This document shows, in pieces, positions 57,344 through 64,000 of a stretch of DNA of 64,000 nt. Each line of letters begins with the position of its first letter. The stretch's first letter is position 1. Source of the DNA: a virus; the IMG/VR virus record IMGVR_UViG_3300032308_002246, positions 64,001 to 128,000 of that record; one strand, given 5' to 3'. The notes below the pieces were generated by a model. That model was given only the letters and a program-made list of their open reading frames with translations, was not told the DNA's origin and made no database searches. The position numbers and the translations under genes were made by a program.

Positions 57344-57598
57344 ATGGAAGAAGATGACAAGAAAAACATGAAGTACGACTTTGATTCTTTTGTTCGTGAC
57401 TCTCTTCCCAACAAGCTCGTATCCAATTTTATAATTGTTGCCGAAATAGTAAATGAAGCCGGAACGGAACTTTCAATATCTTGCTCGACTTCAATGACCC
57501 CATGGCTTGCTTCTGGCATGCTCAGGTCAGCCGAGGACATGATATTAAGCGGTGAAAACAGCTTTATGGATGAAGGCTTTAGTGAAGAAGAAGAGTAG
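57344..57598 (+). CDS. Hypothetical protein
   Basis: AGGGGG RBS; co-oriented. Confidence 0.65.
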   Translation: MEEDDKKNMKYDFDSFVRDSLPNKLVSNFIIVAEIVNEAGTELSISCSTSMTPWLASGMLRSAEDMILSGENSFMDEGFSEEEE

Positions 57599-57663
57599 GT
57601 CTAGTCGCCTAAAAAGTGCGATTGTTAATCTAAACTCTTAATAGTAAATAATTGGAGTACAAA

Positions 57664-58080
57664 ATGTCAATGGTTGCAGGAAGATACAATATAACTTGTC
57701 AGCAGGGTTCTACTTTTGACATGCAGCTGACCCTTCAGTACACAAATCCCGACTATCCAGCTGAGTGCGCTGATGTCAATGTTTGCCCAGAGTTTCTTGT
57801 TTGGGACCTAACCGGATATACAGCAAGAATGCAGGTAAGAAAGTACATTGATTCTGCAACTGCAATAGCCACACTGAATACGGAAAACCTCTCTAGTTTT
57901 AGAATTACTCTTGGTAATCCAGACCCAGAAGATGGGACTATTTCTCTTTTTATGCGCGCCGAAGACACCAGAGCGATAACCACATCTGGGGTTTATGACA
58001 TTGAAATAATTGCGCCAAATAACGAAGTTGACAGAATACTCCAAGGCGAATTTATTCTTTCACCAGAGGTAACGCGATGA
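57664..58080 (+). CDS. Tail-associated beta-sandwich protein
   Basis: YNITCQQGSTF...DLTGYTARMQVR...GVYDIEI...RILQG.F.LSPEVTR, a common phage tail protein pattern; GGAG before ATG 57664. Confidence 0.7.
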   Translation: MSMVAGRYNITCQQGSTFDMQLTLQYTNPDYPAECADVNVCPEFLVWDLTGYTARMQVRKYIDSATAIATLNTENLSSFRITLGNPDPEDGTISLFMRAEDTRAITTSGVYDIEIIAPNNEVDRILQGEFILSPEVTR

Positions 58081-58511
58081 CCGAAAATGTAGTCCAAGTA
58101 ATAACTACGGAGACCCCCAACAGGGTTCTTATCACCACAACTCGTGCACCAGCTGTACAACAGTTCACCTACCAAGTCCAGGTTTTTACCGTTCCAGGAA
58201 CCCTAAGCGTAGGAACCGGAAGGGCAAAGTTCTATATTCCAGGCCCAATAACACTCGGAAATGTCAGAGCTTCTGTGGGCACAGCCCCAACAGGTGCAGA
58301 CATAACTATAGATGTAAACAAAAACGGAACTACCGTTTTTACAACGCAAACAAACAGGCCAAAAATTTTTGCTGGCCAAACTCTCGTGTCAACATCTACG
58401 CCAAATATTACAGAATTCACTACCGGTGATTTTATAACAGTTGACATTGACTCAATAGGTTCTCTTAACCCTGGGAGCGACCTAACAGTTCAAATAGAAT
58501 TTACTCCTTAG
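58077..58511 (+). CDS. Tail-associated protein
   Basis: VRASVGTAPTGADITIDVNKNG...GDFITVDID.IGS..PGSDLTV. Confidence 0.7.
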   Translation: MTENVVQVITTETPNRVLITTTRAPAVQQFTYQVQVFTVPGTLSVGTGRAKFYIPGPITLGNVRASVGTAPTGADITIDVNKNGTTVFTTQTNRPKIFAGQTLVSTSTPNITEFTTGDFITVDIDSIGSLNPGSDLTVQIEFTP

Positions 58512-58564
58512 GTGTATTCTAGTATCAAGCGGTATTAACCGGTCCCTAGCACAAAGGTGTCATC

Positions 58565-58933
58565 ATGACAATTTCAAATTACTTAGAAGACAAACTACTC
58601 GACACCTTGCGTGGTTCGGGTTTAGCTTACTCGTCTGATTCTACTTGGCTCAAGCTTCATATCGGAGACCCGGGCGAAGATGGTACTGGCAACCCAGCAA
58701 CAGAGGCAACTCGTAAGGCTGTTTATTTTTCTGCTGCTTCAACAGGTTCAATGAGTTCTTCAGCAATAGTTGAATGGACTCTTGTTGCTGCAACAGAAAC
58801 CTACTCACATTGGTCAATGTGGGATGACGAAACAGCAGGAGACTGCCTCTGGTACGGTTCTCTTTCTGCAAGCGCTTCTGTTACCGCAGGCGACACTTTC
58901 GAGATTACTTCTCTTACACTGACACTCGACTAA
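58565..58933 (+). CDS. Tail fibre-associated protein
   Basis: ISNYLEDKLLD...LH.GDPGE.GT...THW.MWD..TAG.CLWYG. Confidence 0.7.
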   Translation: MTISNYLEDKLLDTLRGSGLAYSSDSTWLKLHIGDPGEDGTGNPATEATRKAVYFSAASTGSMSSSAIVEWTLVAATETYSHWSMWDDETAGDCLWYGSLSASASVTAGDTFEITSLTLTLD

Positions 58934-58955
58934 TCCACAAGGGGAGTGACCCCTC

Positions 58956-61900
58956 ATGGATGAACAAGAGATAATTAGTTTCTCGGAGCCGTTCCGAGGG
59001 ACGTCGTCGTTCTATGTAGGATTTAAAACAGTATCGGAGGCTGCCTCCGCTGCAGCAAGTGGTTCTTCGTCTGTATCACAACTTCATACGGCGATAAGAA
59101 CAGCTTCAGCATCTGCTACATCTGGCCACGCCATTGTCTCTGTTCATATTTCACCACGAGGGGCCACTGGCTCTGGTTCTGCAACAGCTGGCGACGAAGC
59201 AATTGGCTTACATACTGCGCCAAGACAAGCTTCGGCTTCTGCTAATGGAAGCAGCACCTCTACTGGTCTACATACAGCACCACGAAGCGCAACAGGAAGT
59301 GGAACAGGCTCTTCAAGCAATATAAGTGAAGTAATAACATTCCTTAGAGCTGCAAGCGCATCAGGTGGTGCAACCGCAAGCGACGAAGCAATTGGCCTTC
59401 ACACGGCCCCAAGAGGGGCAACTGGTTCTGGTCAGTCTAGTGAATCATCAACAAGAGTTAGAACAGCTGTTGTTTCGGCTACCGGTTCTGCAACAAGTGG
59501 TTCAACTGCAATTGGTCTGCACACTGCTCCAAGAACAGCAACTGCAGATGGACAGTCAAGTGAATCTGCAACAAGACTCATCATTTCACCAAGAAGCGTT
59601 ACTGGTTCAGGAAATGGCGATTCATTTGTTTCCGCCCTTCATACACACCTCAGAACTGCTTCGGCTAGCGGTTTAGGTACATCCAATAACTCAATCCTTT
59701 ACTCAAACCTCAGAACTGCTCAAGGTTCAGGTTCCGCAACTGCAGGTGACACTGCATTAATTCTTCATTCGAGTCTCAGAACTGCCAGTGCTTCTGGAAG
59801 CGGTTCTGAAAGTTCATCATCATTCAAGACTTCAGTCAGAACAGGTTCTGCAGCAGGACAATCTTCTGAGTCTTCAAATGGTCTGCATACAGCACCACGA
59901 ACAGCAAGCGGAAATGGTGATGGAGATTCATCGGTTTCTCAACTGTTCACACATCTCAGAACTGCATCTGCTTCTGGAGTCGGTTCGTCGAACAACTCAG
60001 TTCTTTATTCAAATATCAGAACTGCTCAAGGTTCTGGTTCTGCAACCGCCGGAGATGAAGCAACAATTCTTCACTCTTCACTTAGAACAGCATCTGCTAG
60101 TGGGGCAGGTTCAGAAACATCTGAAGAAAAGAGCACATTCTTTAGAACGGCTTCAGCTTCTAGTGATGGTTCTTCAACATCAGAAGAATTGCGAACCATC
60201 TTTAGAACTGGTTCGGCGGCAGGACAGTCTGGCTCGCTTGTATCTTTCAGATACGGAAAAATCAGAACTGCTTCTGCATCTGGTGGGGCGACCGCTAACG
60301 ATGAAGCACTCATCCTTCATACCTCAATCCGAACAGCGAGCGGAGATGGTGATGGCTCTTCAACCTCGTCTTCGTTTAAGACTCCTCTAAGAACAGCAAG
60401 CGCTTCAGGCCAAGGCTCTGATACGGCGCTTGGTCTGCACGTGGCGCCAAGAACTGCTGATGGCTCAGGTTCTGGAGATTCATCAGCTTCTATCGTCACT
60501 ACGTTCATCAGAACTGCAACTGGTTCTGGACTTGGTTCATCCAATAACTCGATTCTGTATTCGAATATCAGGACAGCTCAGGGTTCTGGTTCTGCGACTG
60601 CTGGAGACGAAGCACTCACACTCCATTCCAACCTCAGAACAGCGAGCGCATCTGGCGTTGGCTCATCAAGCGAGTCTTCATTTAAGACTCCTCTTAGAGC
60701 AGCGAGTGCTTCTGGTCAGGGTTCTGAAAGTTCAGACGGACTTCATATTGCACCAAGAACTGCAGATGGTTCTGGCTCTGGAGATTCGTCGACTTCAATT
60801 GTTACTACTTTCATCCGTACGGCATCAGCTGCTGGAATTGGTGGTTCAAACAATACCGTTCTCTACTCGAATATCAGGACTGCAAATGGTTCTGGTTCAG
60901 CAACGGCTGGAGACGAAGCAATTGGATTGCATACTGCTCCACGTTCAGCTGATGGTTCAGGAAGTGGTTCAGAAAATTCCTCATCATTCAAGACCCCTAC
61001 AAGAACAGCAAGTGCTAGTGGAAATGGTTCAAGTTCGTCTGACGGATTGCATATTGCTCCGCGAACAGCAAGTGGTTCTGGAGAGGGTGATTCAACTTCG
61101 CAGATTGTTACCACGTTCATCAGAACTGCTTTGGGTTCTGGAGTTGGAACTTCTAATAACTCAATCCTTTATTCAAACCTTAGAACAGCACAAGGCTCGG
61201 GTTCGGCAACGGCTGGCGATGAAGCAATTGGCCTGCACATCGCACCTCGAACGGCAACCGGTGAAGGAACTGGCAGTTCAAGCGCCTCAATCCTTTATAG
61301 CAATCTTCGTGCCGCAAGTGCATCCGGTGGCGCAACAGCTGGAGACGAAGCAGTTGGCCTGCATACAGCTCCAAGAAGCGCAACTGGTTCTGGAGCTGGC
61401 ACAGAGAGTACTGATGAGTTCAAGATTCTTTACAGAACATCTGTATCTGCTGGAATATCAAGTCAAACAGCAACTGGTCTGCACGTTGCACCAAGAGCTG
61501 CTACTGGTTCTGGTTCTGCCACAGCTGGAGACACCGCACTTGGACTTCATATTGCACCAAGAACGGCAACCGGAAATGGAACAAGCGGTTCAAGCAATAC
61601 AACTCTCCAAAGCAATCTTCGTTCAGCAACTGCTTCTGGCGGTGCAACTGCAGGTGATGCAGCAACTGGTCTTCATATTGCACCAAGAACTGCAGATGGA
61701 AATGGAGCTGGAGATTCGGCGACATCAATCTTCACAACATTTATCAGAACCGCATCTGGTTCTGGTTTTGGGAATTCAAACAACACCATCTTGTACTCAA
61801 ACCTCAGGACAGCTTTGGGTACTGGTTCTGCGACTGCCGGCGATGAAGCAGTTGGATTGCATTCACATCTTCGAAATGCAACCGGCGAAGGAACCAGCGG

Positions 61901-62291
61901 TCAAAGTGCCTCAAGTCTTCAAAGCAATCTCCGTCAGGCAACAGCATCTGGTGGTGCCACGGCTGGCGATGAAGCAATTGGTCTACACATTGCGCCGAGA
62001 GACGCAAGTGGAGATGGAACTGGTTCTTCATCAATAGGTCAATTGCTGTCAGTTCTAAGAACAGCTTCGGCAAACGGTCAAAGCTCGCAGTCAACAACAG
62101 AAAGTAGAAGCGTTCCTCTTTCGGCAACTGGAACTGGTGGAGCAACTGCTGGTGACGAGGCGATTGGACTACACATCGCACCTAGAACCGCAACTGGAAC
62201 TGGTGTATCCGGAGGATTTGCAACTTATGACCAAGACCCAGTATCTGGTATTACAGCTGGATACTGGGGTATTCAAGCCCTTGTTAGTTGA
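58956..62291 (+). CDS. Ser/Thr/Gly/Ala-rich repeat protein (1111 aa, ~20-22-aa repeats), putative fibre or whisker
   Basis: Dozens of repeats such as LHTAPRTASGSG and GSGSATAGDEAIG; located in the tail fibre region. Confidence 0.8.
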   Translation: MDEQEIISFSEPFRGTSSFYVGFKTVSEAASAAASGSSSVSQLHTAIRTASASATSGHAIVSVHISPRGATGSGSATAGDEAIGLHTAPRQASASANGSSTSTGLHTAPRSATGSGTGSSSNISEVITFLRAASASGGATASDEAIGLHTAPRGATGSGQSSESSTRVRTAVVSATGSATSGSTAIGLHTAPRTATADGQSSESATRLIISPRSVTGSGNGDSFVSALHTHLRTASASGLGTSNNSILYSNLRTAQGSGSATAGDTALILHSSLRTASASGSGSESSSSFKTSVRTGSAAGQSSESSNGLHTAPRTASGNGDGDSSVSQLFTHLRTASASGVGSSNNSVLYSNIRTAQGSGSATAGDEATILHSSLRTASASGAGSETSEEKSTFFRTASASSDGSSTSEELRTIFRTGSAAGQSGSLVSFRYGKIRTASASGGATANDEALILHTSIRTASGDGDGSSTSSSFKTPLRTASASGQGSDTALGLHVAPRTADGSGSGDSSASIVTTFIRTATGSGLGSSNNSILYSNIRTAQGSGSATAGDEALTLHSNLRTASASGVGSSSESSFKTPLRAASASGQGSESSDGLHIAPRTADGSGSGDSSTSIVTTFIRTASAAGIGGSNNTVLYSNIRTANGSGSATAGDEAIGLHTAPRSADGSGSGSENSSSFKTPTRTASASGNGSSSSDGLHIAPRTASGSGEGDSTSQIVTTFIRTALGSGVGTSNNSILYSNLRTAQGSGSATAGDEAIGLHIAPRTATGEGTGSSSASILYSNLRAASASGGATAGDEAVGLHTAPRSATGSGAGTESTDEFKILYRTSVSAGISSQTATGLHVAPRAATGSGSATAGDTALGLHIAPRTATGNGTSGSSNTTLQSNLRSATASGGATAGDAATGLHIAPRTADGNGAGDSATSIFTTFIRTASGSGFGNSNNTILYSNLRTALGTGSATAGDEAVGLHSHLRNATGEGTSGQSASSLQSNLRQATASGGATAGDEAIGLHIAPRDASGDGTGSSSIGQLLSVLRTASANGQSSQSTTESRSVPLSATGTGGATAGDEAIGLHIAPRTATGTGVSGGFATYDQDPVSGITAGYWGIQALVS

Positions 62292-62314
62292 GATGAAGTA
62301 AACTAGGAGTAATC

Positions 62315-64000
62315 ATGGCAGCATATACACGCAAACAATATTCGGGCGCTGCTCGTAATACGACTACAACAACACTCTTGACGAATGTTGGAACAACAGT
62401 TGACATTACAGCGACCACTGGATGGCCATCTATTGCTGGCATCCCTTTTTATGTTGTAATCAGCCCATCTTCAATCTACGAAGAAAAGTGTCTTGCAACC
62501 ATATCTGGCTCAACCCTCACTCTTGATAGAGCAAAAGATGACACTACTGCGTCAGAGCACCCAATCGGCTCAGTTATTTACCCAGTATTTACCGCAAACG
62601 ACGCAGATGAAGCAAACGAACTTGTCTCAAAACTTACTACTACAGGCGACCTTCTCACCACGGACGGAACCAATCTGCTCCGTTTGGGAGTTGGCGAAGA
62701 TGGCTACTTTCTAAAAGCAAGTAGTTCTGCATCAGCTGGTATCGAGTGGGCCTCAATCCCGACAATCAACAACCTCAATGACATTGGCGATGTAACAATC
62801 AATGATGTTGAAGAATCAGATTTTCTTGTTTACAAAGCCTCGGCTTCTGCATGGATTAACGAAACAATCCACTTCATCACCGTCTCCGACACAGAGCCAA
62901 CTGATGAAATAAGACAAGGCGACCTGTGGTACAACTCAAGTGAACTTGAGCTTTATACCTATTACTCAAACAATTGGGTGCAAGTAACCCTCACCCCAGA
63001 ATTTCTGAAAGTTGAAGAACTTGACAACGTTTACATTGACAACGCAAATGCTGGCGATGTTCTAACTTTTGACGGCCTTGACTGGTACAACGACAATGTA
63101 GTCAGTCTTTTGGGGCCAGATATATCTGCGGAAACCGTAACGGCTTCAGTATTCACTGGAAACTTAACTGGAAACTCCGACACGGCAACTGCGTTAGAAA
63201 CACCACGGACAATATCCCTATCTGGTGATGTTTCTGGCTCGGTTTCTTTTGACGGCTCACAAGATGTTTCCATATCTGCAACAGTTCAAATAAACTCCAT
63301 AACCCTTGGAACCGACACAACTGGCAACTATGTAAATGATGTCGTAGCTGGAACCGGAATCTCAGTTACTCACACACCTGGAGAAGGTTCATCAGCAACT
63401 GTCGCAATCAATGCAACACTAGACAACCTTTCAGATGTAACTGTTCCATCTCCAACCTCTGGAGATTTCTTGAAGTGGAACGGTACGGCTTGGGTTAATG
63501 ACCCAATCAACCTTGGCACCGATACTGCTGGGAATTACATGTCTGACCTTACACAGGGCACTGGTGTAACGATTACCCACACACCTGGCGAAGGCTCAAA
63601 TGCAACTATCGCAATTGGTCAAGCAGTAGCGACTTCTTCGTCAGTACAGTTTGCTGCTGTTACTGCGCCACTAGTTGGCAATGCATCAACGGCTTCAGCA
63701 TTGCAAACAGCACGGGCTATCTCGTTGACTGGCGATGTTTCTGGTTCTGTTTCATTTGATGGTTCTGCAAATGCAAGCATCACTGCAACGATTCAGCCAA
63801 ACTCCGTAGCTTTGGGCACGGATACAACTGGCAACTATATGTCTGACCTCACACAAGGCACTGGTGTAACGATTACGCACACACCTGGGGAAGGTTCCAA
63901 TGCAACCATTGCGATTGGACAGGCTGTTGCAACTAGTTCTTCAGTTTCGTTTGCAAGACTAGAAACTACGGGAGATGTTTTAGTCGGCGGAAATTTAACC
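62315..64000 (+). CDS. Tail fibre protein, partial (>=562 aa, runs off the right edge; missing from the ORF track)
   Basis: AGGAG RBS; MAAYTRKQYSGAA...; GDLWYNS, GNASTASALQTARAISLTGDVSGSVSFDGS and repeated LGTDT.GNY...GTGVTITHTPGEGS. Confidence 0.85.
   Translation, partial: MAAYTRKQYSGAARNTTTTTLLTNVGTTVDITATTGWPSIAGIPFYVVISPSSIYEEKCLATISGSTLTLDRAKDDTTASEHPIGSVIYPVFTANDADEANELVSKLTTTGDLLTTDGTNLLRLGVGEDGYFLKASSSASAGIEWASIPTINNLNDIGDVTINDVEESDFLVYKASASAWINETIHFITVSDTEPTDEIRQGDLWYNSSELELYTYYSNNWVQVTLTPEFLKVEELDNVYIDNANAGDVLTFDGLDWYNDNVVSLLGPDISAETVTASVFTGNLTGNSDTATALETPRTISLSGDVSGSVSFDGSQDVSISATVQINSITLGTDTTGNYVNDVVAGTGISVTHTPGEGSSATVAINATLDNLSDVTVPSPTSGDFLKWNGTAWVNDPINLGTDTAGNYMSDLTQGTGVTITHTPGEGSNATIAIGQAVATSSSVQFAAVTAPLVGNASTASALQTARAISLTGDVSGSVSFDGSANASITATIQPNSVALGTDTTGNYMSDLTQGTGVTITHTPGEGSNATIAIGQAVATSSSVSFARLETTGDVLVGGNLT
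63510..63955 (+). repeat. Near-identical internal duplication in the tail fibre gene
   Basis: LGTDTxGNYMSDLTQGTGVTITHTPGEGSNATIAIGQAVATSSSV is encoded twice (~63510-63650 and ~63810-63955). Confidence 0.8.

Noticed and set aside
34511-63273. Short minus-strand and alternate-frame ORFs in the right arm, including 60430..62037 (535 aa)
   Set aside because: They overlap well-supported genes; the long alternate frame is a by-product of the repeat protein's codon pattern.
1-64000. Alternative genetic code or stop-codon reassignment
   Set aside because: Coding density is high under the standard code, and TAA, TAG and TGA all end well-supported genes.

Overview
This is a 64-kb segment of a large tailed dsDNA phage with a contractile tail (myovirus-like), using the standard genetic code. 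An actinobacterial host is plausible but only inferred. It has two divergent arms. The minus-strand arm (<1-33216) is a head module. It runs from a small membrane protein and an HK97-type portal fused to a MuF domain to a 3190-aa protein that starts with an HK97-type prohead protease, followed by about 21 kb of further large proteins. No major capsid gene is visible before the window edge. The plus-strand arm (33251->64000) holds terminase large subunit, Rad52-like/RecB-like/HNH/RuvC genes, a ParB-PAPS reductase-ParB cluster, and a full neck, sheath, tube, chaperone (-1 frameshift), tape measure, baseplate and fibre module. The most striking signal is in the head arm. The protease-led giant protein is divided by about 13 copies of a [GSA]-P-x-G-x-[MLV] motif into segments carrying sigma-region-4-like HTH and WYL-like domains. 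The same motif, plus three other shared short motifs, recurs in neighbouring giant proteins that carry zincin, kinase-like, ART-like and OGFr-like domains. This suggests an undescribed capsid-cargo polyprotein system with shared tags and processing. All domain calls are by eye; no searches were run.
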